Positions 35,575 to 50,100 of a stretch of 64,000 bases of DNA are shown here, piece by piece. The DNA lies in assembly GCA_965637545.1 (NCBI GenBank), contig OZ281495.1, forward strand, positions 7,502,001 to 7,566,000, in the 5' to 3' direction. The stretch is from Phallusia mammillata (taxonomy: Eukaryota). The number at the start of each line of letters is the position of its first letter. Positions within the stretch are counted from its first letter, which is position 1. The notes beneath the pieces are model-generated. The model had not been told where the DNA came from. It ran no database searches and saw only the letters and a program-made list of their open reading frames with translations. Position numbers and translations under genes: made by a program.

Positions 35575-38500
35575 AAAGCCATTTTGGGTTGTCTGAAAAA
35601 GCGTTGCAGATATTGCAGTCGTAACGTTAGACCAGTAATTCTCAAACTGTGTGCCGCGACACACAAGTGCACCATGCGAGATTTTTAAGTATGTAGCAAA
35701 ATATCTGCTTGTGTTTTAGCAACTGACGACGAAGTACGAGCGTGCATAATAACCTTAATAAGCTTATTTTTATCTTATTTGTCATTAAAAAAATCAATCT
35801 CAGCCAAAAAAAGTTGCAAATTAACTTTCTTTTGACAAATTTAATGTGGTCGGCTTGCAAAGTGTAAGTTTGTACATGCCGCGTGCTTAAAAAGTGTGAC
35901 AACAACTGCGCTAGGCAATACGATTTTGGGCGTTTTAATAAACAAACAACGCGCGTAAATGTTGCGGTAACGGTGACTGTCCGCGTCCCAAAGCCAACGT
36001 GTTGTAATTTATCACGCAAAGATTTCATTGTTTCGATTGCTATTTCATTTAAGAGTATGTTTCAAGGACCATTCCGACAAACCGACGATAAATTTTTGTC
36101 TCCTTTAATCCTTAGTCAATGTTGAAACCAAAATTAATTCCAAGGGAATTTTAACAAACCAAACGCGAAATTTGTGCAAAAGCAAAGACAAGAAAGAAAA
36201 GCAACTTCCATTGGCGATTTGTTAAAAGTATGTTGCTAACGTGCTTGCAATATATGGCATTGCGAAAACAATGTTAACCGAATCACATCCCATTTTTCAT
36301 CTTAATAGTGATGTCAAAACTTTATGCTTCCTTATAATTACCCCCAGGGAATGTCCAATGTATACAAAATATGTAACATATTCCACTGTCAAAAGATTTT
36401 ATATGGAAAAAGGTACCTTTCTCATCATTACGAAAGTCTAATAAATTACAAAGTACGTAGCAGGCAATAGAATACAATGTCACATGAAAAAGTCTACCAG
36501 GTCTTCAAGCAAGAAAAAGTGTTCTTTACTTGTTTTGTTTGTCATTTGTTACATCACAGATGATGACAAATGGTTTTGTGAAACGTTCTATTATTACCAT
36601 GACCAAGTTTTATGCTACTTTAAACGGAATATTTTAGCAGGTGTACTGTGTACCTAACTTTAGAAAAGTTTTAGTGGAATAAATAGGGAAAAATAATAAT
36701 AGCTGAACTCCCTGACTCCAAATAGACCGTTGTACGGAAGCAGACGAGACTGTCATATGGAATACGATCCCAACGTTATGACTGCCTGTTAAAATGCCGG
36801 AGATATACGATCTCGTATAGTAAACTCTCAGGTCATCTGTGTAGCAATAACCGTGGTAGGTTGACAAGTGTTTGTTGCATTTCCTTTACTCGAGACAGTT
36901 TCGGGTTCGCTTAGCATCTCCTAGTGATCAGTTTACAGCCGTGTTGTCCCTCACGCGACGAACGTAGGTAGCAGCTGTTTGAATGCCTTCGACTATTGGG
37001 AAAGACTATCTTGAAGTGTTGTTTGGAAATGCATTGAATGTATTTTGTGTCATTTGTGTTTAAAAAGTTAAACAAATTGTTGCAGAAAAAAATCTCATTT
37101 TAAAGCAAGTAGGGTTAATATTCAAGAGACACTAGAGGCGAAAGGATATTAAAAACCACATCTAAAGTAGGGCATGCTGGTAGTACACAAATTTTACTTC
37201 TGACAAAACGGGCCAGTTTACAAACTCCTGGAAACTATTCCTTTTCATGTGGCATTTTAATTTTTTTTTTTACACTTGTTTAACATTTATCAATTCCAAT
37301 TTTTTTTTAAAGTAAAGGACTTCATTGTGTAAAGCCCCATTAAAAAACATACAGTATATATGTAAATTATTAATAATTTGTTTGGAAGATCAGTAAAATT
37401 AATTATAGTTAAACAGAATTTGATACACCTAATTAAATGGGGTGATTAGCTGAAAACACTAATAGATTTCTACGAAACTTTGAACGTAACGGTTTTTAGA
37501 AGTAGCTAATAAAACTGCTGACATCATAAGCATTTAGCGATTGTAGCGTGTGTGTTTTGGTAACTCGATATCGGACCCCCACACCTGACAGAACAAATAC
37601 GATTGGGGGCGAAGGGTGGTGGGTAAGGGGTAATAACAGGGGTCACTGGGCCTTAACGAGGCACGGAACATAGATTGTGCATGAGAGACCTATCTTAGGC
37701 ATAATAATAGAAGTTATTAACTTAAAATGAAAATGTAGTAACTTTAAAGCGGTATTCTAATGCAAAATATAAAGTTAGTTAAGATTTTATTGTAACCCTT
37801 AACATACAAAGCCTACAATAAGTTATGAGTTTAGTAAGTTGCTTTTGGTGCATAATAATATATCTACATTCAATGAAACAGTGGCAAGTATAATAATATC
37901 TACCAACACTCGTATTATACACCGTCAATTAAACACCCCAAACATCAATTTTTGACCCCCAGTTTGATTATGTAAGCTCTGCCAACTCAATATGAGTGTC
38001 GAGGTATAACTGACAGCTGGCAGGCACGAAAGTTCAATTTAGCTTATGTGGTTCACTTGCAGCGGTCAAGTGCAATTCTGCGGAGCTGAAGACCCACAGG
38101 AAAAAACACAAACGATGGAGAGGCTTTAACCCAAAATCCCAGTGACGACATGTTACACGCAACAACCATTACTGAATGTTATCGAAGTGTTTCAATTGCA
38201 GATGAGGTAACCGTTCATATTCTTTTGCTGCATTCGAAACTATAATAGCAGCCATCTTATATGTTGACATTCATTGTGTTCGACATAATACTTTATGGAA
38301 AAATATATTGATTCCATGTGAATAAGGAATGACCAACGCCTTTTCTGGTGACACGTATATCTTAAAAAACACTTCGGGTCGGTTTTAAGTCATTTTTTAT
38401 CGATAAAACATTTTTAACACATAAGCTACTTGTCATTGGGGGTAGACTACATCTTTTCCATTAAGGCAAAATATTTGAAACGTATTTAACTGCTAACATG

Positions 38501-39026
38501 ATTCGCAATGTGTATTCACAAATTTTGTATGACATCATCGATATTGCGTCCGTTGACGACTTACTTATAACGGAAAAACAACAACAACAGCTTGGCCCAT
38601 AGAAATGCAAGCAAGTTAACCTTAAATGCCGGATATTTGCCTTCAGCTTATGTGTCAAACAGCGTACTTGCCCAAACCCGCGGTGCTGTCATTGGATACA
38701 GCTTGGGTCAGACGGCAACTGTTCGAACATGACGTTGCAATGCCAGAAGTTACGTATGTGTTAAAACGTGATTTATGCTTGCAGCGGCTCTAAAGACAAG
38801 ATTTTTTCAATGCTTGCAGCAAACTTTTCACCTCAGGAAGTAGAGAACAATTTTTCTGTTTTACTCACAAAGATTAAAGAATTTAATTTGCAGTTTCCAC
38901 ATTTTTCGAAGAAGATTTAAAGATTAAAGTTTGACGTTCAAACCAACTCAGACAGAAAAGAAAAATGCTTGACAAAAGTAAGTGAAAGAATAGTCTGTTC
39001 GGCTTTTTATCGTCAGAGGCTACAAT

Positions 39027-39348
39027 TAGTGATTCACCGAAAACATTTCGGCCGAAATATGCTGTTTTCCAATGTTTCGGAATTGGCCCAAACACTTTTA
39101 AAAAATCGACCGAAACCGAAATTTTTGATTCTATGAAATTAATACCTGTCATTTCAAATCTCCAATATGAAACGTCACAGATTAACCAATCGTTGCATCT
39201 AAGATATACAAGCCACGTTGTCTGCTAAATATTAAAGTGTTTAGTAAAACTTACGCATTGTGGCAGTGATTTTGAAGTATCATAAACCAGTTCAGAATAG
39301 ATTTTAGGTTCGTCCCGAAACTTTTGAGGCGGGCTCAGTGCATCACTA
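39027..39348. mobile_element. hAT-type MITE, TAGTGAT family
   Basis: Ends TAGTGATTCACCG / CAGTGCATCACTA; perfect TSD GCTACAAT. Confidence 0.75.
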
Positions 39349-42150
39349 GCTACAATCTCAATGTTTAAAGCGTATCAATTGGTAAATATAAAATCAGCAG
39401 GACCTTGGAGAAAAGCAACATAAAACCTTAAATTCGTACAGTCAATTAAATCACCCCGACTGACCAAAAAAGGACCAACCACTTTAAAGAGCAAATAGCC
39501 TTGTTGGCCAAATGGCATTTGATTGATAAGTCAATAAGGAGTGCACGGTCGGTGAAGCAAGCAGCTGTAGGGCCACCAGCAAAGACGAATATTTACATTA
39601 ACTCGCTACGTATTTTTCTCACTTCAAACGGTCGATACACTGGCTTGGTTGGTGGCCACAGCATTTCACAAGCTAACGTCAATTCGGACTCAGCGTGACG
39701 TCTTTGATTTCTCCCGCACGACCGGCATGACCTCTGACCCCTGTTCCTCGGTTAAGCGTATTTGAGAGAAATCACAGTTGATTCTAGAAGATTGGAAATC
39801 TGACTCACTTAGGAAATAAGACGTCGGCGAAAATATATTTACTTTGACGAAGAGAAGAACTTTTTTGAATAGCTCGCACATCTTAATATTTTTTCTTTTT
39901 ACATCCAATATATTAAGTCGCACTTCTTAATTAATTGGATGTGAAAAGAACAAATATTTCATATACATCTGCTATTCAGTGTAGGCTAGCAGTTATTTTA
40001 CTCGATTATTGATTAGTTTATAATGATTGTTATCATCTTTTTTCGCCTGGCTGGTTTTACAGGAGAAATGTGACATAAATAATTGCTTATTAAAATACGA
40101 AAGGGGTTTAACGAACAAACAATTAATTTGAGGCCGAATAATTTCGGCAAAATCAGGCCGAACCTAAAATCCCCGTTTTTTGGATGGTTTCAACTGAACC
40201 TTGTATTGTTGATGCGAGTGAACTCAATTTTGACAAACTAAAATCGCTTTCACACGTGGTAAACTTTGCTAAACATCTAATATTTTGCAGACAACGTGGC
40301 TGGTATTTCATAGATACAACAAATAGTTAATTAATGATGTTTCGTATGGGCGTAAATGAAATTTAAGGCCTTAATTCCATGCAATAAAAAAGTTCGGTTT
40401 CGACCGAATTTTCAAAAAAGTTCGGGCCGAAACCGAAACATTGGAAAACAGCGGATTCGGCCGAAATGTTTCGGCCAACCGAAACTTCGGTGCATCACTA
40501 GTTAGAACCACGAAGGCTGTAAGGCTGTAAAACAGACAAAAGGTACGTGGGATTCGATCTTTTAAACTCTCGAGTACAAAGCGGTTGCGTAGTAACTATA
40601 CGGTATTAGATTTTATTGAACATCAATTTTGTTAACATTTTTTCGAACATTATTTATGACTTTCAATAAAAACGTAGTTGTCGCGTATGTGGTGAATACC
40701 TTATGCTCGTAATGCCAACATCGATAGCTGAAATCTTTGCAGCAAAACTGACTAAAAACACTGTTTTCATCTCTCGCACTGGGTCTCTGGTGACTTACAA
40801 TATACTTGCAGCAAAATTGATACACTAGGTAACTTACGCGTTTGACGGCATTTAAAGTTTCAAACTGGATTCTAACCGTTCTAAAATCAACAATTCTCGT
40901 GGGTGAAAAATGGAACACCATAGTCAGTCAGCTTCATTGTAATGAAAATGGCGTTTATGAGCATTTATTTTCACCAAGTTCGACATAACAGCAAATTAGA
41001 ACGGGTACATTTGCCACCAAACACACATAGCGAGTACATGGAACATATTGGAATGAAACAAAACGAGACATGTAAGCAAAGGATGAGCTTGTTGAAATTA
41101 TAATGAGATTAGAGTTGGTTTTGCTGAAATCCGGCTTTTCTGGGGGAATAAATTTCCTTTTCAGACAATTTTGTCGCCGCTGGGTGGCGCACAGTGACGA
41201 TGAGAGGTAACAATGAGACGAGCGATGTGAAGAACAAATATATACGTGGAAAAATGTATGATATAACATGAAAATGTGATAGGTAATGAAGTAGCACAGT
41301 TGTAATGAAAGGGGCGAAATCTCATGTCAAACTGATATTAGGGATGTGTCGAACCCAACACTAGCTTTTAGATACTCGGTAGTAGGCCAAGCACTTGCCG
41401 TTGTCAAAATTGGTTGAATGTAGTAGGAGCAAATATGAAAAAAAATTGAAGGTCAAAATGGGTAATAGCCTTTTTAGTTTTAAAGCTAAAATTGGCCTAC
41501 ATTTTTCAGTTCTACACGATCCCTTTGTACGTGGTAATAAAGTGACCAGCCTCAATTTTTACTTCACTTTTTTGCTTTTAGTGTGCAGTTTTTTCCGCGA
41601 ATTGACTTTTTTACCACTTGACATTCTTTCTAAAGATGTTGTTTTACTGATTTGATAAGTGTTGGACAGGTTCCAAAAAATCTGCAATAAGCTAAAATAT
41701 CGGCTTGTAGGAATAAATGAAAGCATGTAAACAAACCAATTTTATGTAAACAACAATTTCATCGACAGCTGGAACCACAAGCTCATTGCAAATAAGCGAA
41801 GGAATGCCCAAGCTTTACATCAAAAGACAAATATTCGACATAACTTAACATTAAAAGGATTGTATATGGGATTTAGAATTGGCTCTTAAAATTTTGCATA
41901 AACGCAGATTTCACAATGCTGTTGTTTTTAGACGAAGAAGAAATAAAAATGCTATGCATGTTTTATACATTGAAACTTTATATGGGAGTTCAATACTGCT
42001 GCTGTGTGTATCATATATCATACAGGAGTTAGTCTGCGTGTTGCATGTTCATGTATATGTACCCAATGATAATGCACCAATGCGTTGGTTTGTACAGCGC
42101 GAACTGTCAATATCCAGTATATAACCAAGTGGAAATATAGTTAAAATAAA

Positions 42151-43790
42151 CTAGAAGGGTGGCTCAGCACATATTGCCATTGCACATACACTACGTACAC
42201 TTTATTAAATAGGTCCCATATCAGCCACTGTCTTTTATAGCCTTAGTTGTTTCTGCAAGCAGAAACTCATGGGTCCCCCACACATGCAAAGTTGTAAATA
42301 ATGCATTTTGCAAAAAAAAACTATGAAAAATTTTGGTGCTATCTGTTTAAACAAGGCGATATAAAGTCTGCAGACATAATCATGCTATATGAGGTACAGC
42401 TATTCAAGTCACATTCAATTCGGCAATTGTTTGCAAAATTTAACCATTGCAGGGGTTAATGGGGTAAATGGTGGGACTGCAGAGCAAAACTCAACAATCA
42501 ACATCTCAAAATAGAATATAATAAACAATTTCTAAATTTCATGACATTGTTTAAAAAGTTAACCCTTTTTAAGGGGCTAATGGGGTAATTGATCGGACTA
42601 CAGGGTAAAACGTCAAATTTGACACCTAAGAATGCAACATGGTCAATGTTTAAAAATCACACCCACTTAGGGGTTACTGGGGTGAAGGTGGGACTCACAG
42701 GGTAAAAAAGATCAATGGATGATGTATTTTATAAACCATCTATATTTCATTAAATTTAGACATTGTTTATAAAATTCACTCATTATAGGGGGCCAGTGGC
42801 ATTAATCTTGGGGATGCAGTGTGAAAAACTGCAATTAACACCTAATTATGGCAAACTGTCAAAATTTCATCGAATTCGGACATTGTTTAAGAAATTCACC
42901 AATATTAGCGGGCCAGTAGGGTAAATATTGGGGCTGCAGGATGAAACACAACAATCGACACCTAATTATGGCAAACTGAACAAACTGTCAATACTTTTTG
43001 CAATTCAGACTTTGTTTAAAAAATTAAACGTTTTTAGGGGGCCAGTTGGGTAAATATTGGGGCTGCAGGGTGAAACACAACAGTAGACACCTAATTACGG
43101 CAAAATGAACAAACTGTCCAAATTTCATCCAATTCGGACATTGTTTAAAAATCACCCGTTTTGGGCTGCTGGTGGGGCAAATATTGGGGCTGCAGGGTGA
43201 AACACAACAATCGACACCTAATTATGGCACAAAGAACAAACTGTCCGAGTTTCATCCAATTCGGACATTGTTTAAAATTTTACCCATTTTAGGGGGCTGG
43301 TGGGGTAAATATTGGGGCTGCAGGGTGAAACACAACAATCGACACCTAATTATGGCACAAAGAACAAACTGTCCAAATTTCATCCAATTCGGACATTGTT
43401 TAAAATTTTACCCATTTTAGGGGGCTGGTGGGGTAAATATTGGGGGTGCAGGGTAAAACACAACAATCGATACCTAATTATGGCACAAAGAACAAACTGT
43501 CCAAATTTTATCCAATTCGGACATTGTTTAAAATTTTACCCATTTTAGGGGGCTGGTGGGGTAAATACTGGGGTGATTAAGTCAAACAAACCAAAAGGCA
43601 CATCTACATAACCATATCTTCAATCTGTGAAAGTTTCATCCAAATCCAACAAAGATTTGTTGCCAAAAGTGCATGGACAAACTTCACGGCGGAAAAAAGA
43701 AAAAAAAAAGAAAAAAAAAAGAAAAAAAAAAAAAAAAAAAAAACATAGTGAAATCAAGATGCGTCCCCTTCAGGGAAGGGGACCCATAAT
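42151..43790 (-). mobile_element. Non-autonomous Helitron2/Helentron (DINE-1-like) element, copy 1
   Basis: On the minus strand: 5' hairpin GTCCCCTTC/GAAGGGGAC (43763-43783); asymmetric inverted repeat ATGGGTCCCC (42269-42278 versus 43778-43787); A-rich microsatellite; central tandem array; CTAG|T 3' end at 42151. Both ends are shared with copy 2. Confidence 0.7.
42410..43580. repeat. About 128-bp tandem array inside Helentron-like copy 1 (about 9 units, degenerating leftward)
   Basis: Anchor TCGGACATTG or variants at 42875, 43005, 43134, 43261, 43389, 43517 (spacing 127-130). Confidence 0.9.
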
Positions 43791-43936
43791 AACGTAGACA
43801 AGCCGTTGAATGGTTGCAGCCAGTTTACAAATAAATAAACACCATTGAGATATTGCTAATGGCTCCTCATTAATCCAATTAAACAACTTTTTAATCAATC
43901 GTAGCCTGAAGTCCAAAACGAAATGTGTGGATTAAT

Positions 43937-43942
43937 TTTATT
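43937..43942 (-). terminator. Candidate poly(A) signal of AGTPBP1
   Basis: AATAAA on the minus strand about 180 nt after the stop codon. Confidence 0.4.
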
Positions 43943-44120
43943 CGGATTTTGCAATAGAGTCGTAACATAATCCGTTGGTTCTTTCCATTTAGCAGCACAG
44001 CGGGCATTTCTTTTTTGCCCATATAGCACCATGTCAAATTCCTCATGAGACGGTGAAATTTGCTACATGAGGTTAGCATGCGTTGCCACGGTTACCTACT
44101 AACTCACGTGACAACCTTCG

Positions 44121-47100
44121 TCACGACTGGCCACGCTTGAGTGATCGCCGCCTGCTCCGAGCAGTTTTACCTTCTGCTCTGGCCGCCGCCACAAGGGATG
44201 TTACTGTGATCTGACTTGGCATTTCGGCGGGCTTGCAAACTCCCAAATCCCGCCGTAGCACCAAGCCGGACTCAAAGGGACGCGGGGCGGTGGCGATAGT
44301 TACCTCCTCTGGTTCAGGCCTGGAGTATTCGTAGCAAATCAAACGCCCGGTGTCTGGCGAAATCTTGGCGGTGATTACTGGCAGCTCAGTTCGGTGCTTA
44401 CACGTCACGGGGTCACCAGAGGTCATGCTAATACGGACGGGGTCGCTGACCTTGGGATTCGCTCTGGGGTTACTTGCGGTCAAAGTTGGGTCTTTGGGGT
44501 CGTACCTCCAAAAAGCAAGATCGGTTTTGCTGGAACTTGGTTCGTCGTTGGAATAGTTGAAGCCACTTGCGTGGTTGTAGGAAGGGTCGTCTTCAAACCC
44601 CGGGAGAAAGTAGGAAGTGTCGACGGGAGAAAGGTCGTCCTCGTCCGGCGTAAGTTCAGCGTCGGAGTTGGCCGGACAACCCGGGATCTGACCAGGGTTT
44701 TTTATTCCGTCCTCATTGTTTTCATGGCGGCTGGTAAAAAAGCACAGACTGTTATAAGGTTGCTTCAAGTCGTAGGCACTTGTATACAGCCGAGTTGTAA
44801 GTCGGGCCGAGTTCGGGCTTCTAATAAAAAATAAAAAACAGGCCTGATTCGGGCTTGACACTATGTCAGTAATTTTTTGAATGAATTTAACTAGGTAAGT
44901 AGCTAGTTGTTGGACCTGCTCAAACAGACCTAAAACGCCTTGTTCAAGACCAATTGTCTATAACTATCTATTGTGTTTGTTGTCTTGGCCTTTCCTGGTG
45001 CTTAAATGTAGCCTATAGGCCTGTCAAACAAACTTTCGGACATAAAGGGCTTCATAAAAACGATTTTGATTCGGGCCGGGTTTCGGGCTTGTGCTTTTGG
45101 GTTCGGGACGGATTCAGGCTCCAATTTCAGGCTCGTTTAGTTTACAGTTTGAATTCAAAGCCGAGAATAAAAACACAAAGACAAAAATGGAAAACAGACG
45201 GGTTCAAAAAATCCAAGTTCACGGGTTAAATGTTGGGGGAGAAATGATCAAGAACTAACACTTGAGGGTTCCAAATTTCAGTACAATACACAAAAATCGT
45301 ACAACAAAAAAGAACCCACGTCTTGCTATGTAGCTTGCTGGCCGGTTGATTCGGTACAACGCCTTTAATAGGCCTGGTGTACTATGTTCGTATCAAAAAA
45401 TTACCTTTTATTCACACCAATAGAAACAAGACTTACCATATCCCATCATCGTCAATATCAAACACAGGCAATCCTCTGGTTTTGTTCCTCGCTTTTAAGT
45501 GTAAAAGAACTTCGCAAAACTTGCTTCCCATTTGTTCCAGGTCCTTGGTTGAAAGCTGTTTTCCCCTTAGCATACCTTGGTCGCACCCACAGTAAGTACT
45601 TTCCATTGTATAACTGCGCGCCACGCCCATTTCACGCCACACAACAACACGTGCTGTGGACGCTTTGGCCTTTTCCACCACAAAATTGCAGTTCTTCATT
45701 GAGAAAGTTGGAGCAAAATGGTTGAGGAGACGGGGTAAGGCCTGAGAGATATTTGTAACAAAATATAGGAACAAAATTACACAAAAGATTTAAGTAGAAA
45801 TAATAAACATTTAAATTTCAACTAAGAAAAAAATCAATTAACAATAATAGAAAAAAATATAATGGCAAGAATATAACCAGTTTGTACAATTGGACACCCA
45901 TTTATTACGTTGATATTTGGACCATCTATCCGCAAACCCTAGAATTCGGTTATATTAGCGTTTAAAAGTTAGTTTAAAGAATATTACAGGTAATGAAAGT
46001 TTATCTTAAAATTTTCTTGTAAATTGTTTATTTTAATAGCTGTACAAAATAAAATTTTTGCAGCATATTTTTAGGTAACACACTTAGTTGTGACAAAACT
46101 GCGTAAGTATTATGACTTTGTGTAAAGACAAACGTTGCTAATACAAGCCGTATTCTTTGGCCTATTGTTCAGCATTTAAAATCAATAAAGTTAAGAATTC
46201 ACCTTGCAGCCAGAGTCATCGGGACCATCCAAAACAGTTGAAGCTTCACCTGATGCTATTGAATCCTTATGCGAGCAACCGTACAAAAATACGTTCATCT
46301 TACGAGAGTGACCGTGGTAATCACAATAAACCAGTGGCGCTGTAAAAACGGAAATATTCTATTCTATAGATAAATATATTTATTATATACTGTAACTCAA
46401 ATGCATATTTAATACAGTGCTTTATCGGGAATAGTTTGCAGCTGTTTATTAAATTCCAGACTACACCTTCACCTTGACTTCTTAAAGTCGGCCGTTATAA
46501 GTTGGGAAAGACAGATAAACAATAAATATGTCAGTCTGCTTACATTTATGTATTGAGTACAGATACTGAAGGAGGCCTTTGGTGTGAAAGATTGTAGGAA
46601 AGAGTTGGGGATGTGGGTCGTTCCACGTCCGGTTCAAGTCATCACCACTCAAAGAACACCGATGACTGGGAAAAAATAGAAGAGGTTGATTAGTATTTCA
46701 AAGCATTAAACGACACAGTGATGCCAAGTCTCAATTGTTAATCTTAGCTTAAGAGTGATTATACTGAGCAATATCAGATCCCCCAACAATCAGCAAAGTC
46801 ATTTACCATCACCGTTTAAATGGCATCTTTGCTTCCCACAAAACACAGAATAAAACATATTAAAACGTGACTGTTTACTTAAAATAACTTATTTTCAGTT
46901 GTTAATCGTTGGTGGTTAGCTATATGCACAAAAGAGCTGTGACGTAGCAATAGATTGATGGCAACGTCAGAGTTCACCTAAGGTCATGACAAAAGCGTAT
47001 TTAGAGTTTTACTATTAAGTATGGCACCAAAAAACTTATTAAAGACTCCAGTGTCATGGAACGTTCACCAATGTTGCGACACCATGAACATTAAAACGGA

Positions 47101-50100
47101 CGAACTAATTAAAACGCTGCAACATGTAGGAAGGTTGGGCAACCTTTGTCACTGTAGATCACAGGCCGCACCTTTATATACCACAAGGTGACTTTACTTC
47201 GTTGCATACCAAAATGCCTTACTACTAAGTAAAATTCGCATTTGATTCTAGCAGCATATTGTCAGGTCGCAGAAAAATACCACCGGACGCACCAATCTGT
47301 TCAAAAAAGTACAACAATTGGGCTCGTTTGCCAGTACATTTGAATCCCAAGTGTCTGTGCTCTGACGTCATGCATTTATGACGCAGCAAGAGATTAATTG
47401 CAACTTAGATAAAAGTTTTATACGTAAGTATGGCAGTGTCAAAAAATTTGTATACATTATTTATGGTCTTATAAACAAGCAAATGTCTTACTGTCCGTTA
47501 ATGACTCCATCGGGGTTCAGCATAGGGACGATCTTGAATATATACGACCTCCTCAGTTCATCTGCAACCGCCGCTAGCGTGCTCCCTGCACCCTCATCTA
47601 ATCCTGCATCCTCTCCTGGAGGAGGAGTAAGCAGAAGTTTGAGAGTTCCTCGCATTGTCCATGAGGCGTTTGACTCTCCAGGATGAACGCGAGCGGTTAG
47701 GAAAATGTAAGGACGAGATCCTGGAAAATAAAAAATATGATTTTTGAAATGAACAGCGTCAATTTCTTGATAATGGAGCAAACATACTGGTATTTATTTA
47801 CCTAAAAATAAAAACTTTTTTTTTCAAAATGTGACGTCCCACTAATGTGGCAAAATTATTTCCCCGTAACACGCGTTCTTTGTGTTAACTTTGTATTCCA
47901 ATAAAATTTATTTATTATGTATTTATTACAGATGACTGATTTCAATGTTAAGTGATTTTGTATATGTGGCAACTTGGTTGACCTCTCACTCAGTATGTTT
48001 AGTTCAGTAGTTGTTAGTTCGACTTATGTGACTTGCCTATTTGAAATACCTTGCATATGTTTCATATTTATGTTAAATGACAACTTGATTATTTGTTTCT
48101 ATGTGAAAAGTAAAAAAAAAAAAATTAAAAATCGACAAATGTAGATTAGACAGTAATACAACCTTAGTTAATCAAATTGGCCTTTACACATTCGTAAAAA
48201 AACACAAGTTGGCCTAAAGATATTAGTAAATTTTCAGTGGTTTACTTTTTTTGTCCAACCGAACCAATACAGTTTCATTTTGTATTTAAACCACTTCGAC
48301 CCACTTAAATATCCCAGCTTAAGTTCCAGCTATAAAATCACTCACTCAGTTCTTCAACTGCTTGCCGGTGTGTGGTGAACTCTCCTGACCTCGGCTGTGA
48401 CGTAATAGTGAGAAGTGGAAGGGGGTTCCCCGAGAGTGTGTGACAGAAATTCTGCCGCCGGACGAACATCGTGCTCTCATCCACTCGCTGCAGCAAATTG
48501 CGTAAATCCATCTGGATGACAGGTAGGTCGGTTTACGAATAGCGCGTTAGTTTAAGAAAACAGCTCAATTCGTATTGATGACGTTTCGCTGGACGAATGA
48601 CGTCACAATTTCTATGACATGATGATCAGGTTGTTTTGAAACATAATGTTTTTTTTCATGAGTTGTTTACCAAACATATAAAAAACTTTTTTAATGACGC
48701 CATCAATATGTGACGTAACAACATCGCCACATGATCCTATTCCTGTCTATGTTTCGTGGGTGAAAAAAATGCTTTCCTAATTTTATTTTGAAAGGTTTCC
48801 TACCTGCAGACTTGTGTACGTATAAGGGTAGTGATAGGCAAAGTAGCAAACGTCATTCTCGTATTGGAAGGTCACGGTGAAGGTCAGAGTGAAATACGTT
48901 CGGTTTCGAGTACCACCGGCCGAGACTGAGTGTCGGAGAAAGTGGTTGCGGTAATAACACGTCTCTTTTCCCGCGCGACGCCAGCACGGACGCCCGTTGT
49001 TGGCTTCGATCATCGAGTACATGACAGGTTGCATGCCTGAGAACAACAAGTATAGGAGTTTTCGAGTGTGCCAAAACTATTAAAAGGTTTGATACTGAAG
49101 GCAAGGCACAGGCTAGGAAAATCTAACCCGAGGTGGGATTCGAACCCACGACCGGAACCCGCGCTCTACTAATTGAGAAACTAATTGAGAAGGGGCCAGC
49201 GCTCTAGTAATTGAGAAACATAGGCTCGAAAGTTGAATTAAGCAACGTTGTCTGTTTAGGGTGCTACATATGTCATATCTCAAAATCACTTTGGTTAAAG
49301 TTTGTAATTGTAAAACTGTTTTAAACCTAGCTGCTAAATAAATGTTTCCAATTAATAAAATGGCTCAAAAAGGGTTAAATCTGGCCAAATATACAGATTA
49401 AAGTCAAAACAATTGTTACAAGTCCCTTAAATGCCAAATTGCTATTTTTTGAGTTGATTCGTTGGGGGAACAATCGAGCTAAAGCGATATAAACTTACAA
49501 AGATACCAACGGCGTCAAGACTTCAACCACCAACCACAGGGCTTACTGGACCAATGAAGCAGTATTAAAAACCACTTAAGGTAAGGCAGGTCGAAAACCA
49601 ACCTTCGTTGAACACACTGCCTTTCTTCTCGCAGTTGACGATGTTGAATCTGTACGCTTGGTTTGGCAACATCCGGGACACTTGGAAGTAAAACCACTGG
49701 TGGTGATTGGTGCAGTTGCAATCCGAGTTTAGTACGAGGTCGTATTCGAATTCACGAACCTTGAAATGAAAAACTTTTCATGAAGGGTACAAACAAATGC
49801 ATGTTTCATGAAGTTGTAACAGTTTTAAATTCAAGGAGTAGAAATTCATTTTTCTGTAAAAGTCGGTACCGGGCCTACAAGATCTCGGTACCTTGTTAAC
49901 TATAGCTTTATATGGAGTTAAGTTTATTTTGCTTGGTGAAAGAAACCATAGCGACACTATAGGCATAAAAAAGTCGGAAATAGATACACAACGTTAAAAT
50001 GTTATGAAATGCAAAACAGGGAATGACACTTTTTCTGGATAATGGCTGAACGCGCTGTAACTGCATCGATACTTATCTGACTGGGGCTCACGAGAAAACA

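Noticed and set aside
43172-43548. Two ORFs with repeated peptides
   Set aside because: Translations of the 128-bp tandem array.
44731-44861. N-terminal part of the 246-aa ORF as coding
   Set aside because: It lies in the intron and overlaps a MITE; the real exon starts at the AG acceptor at 44730.
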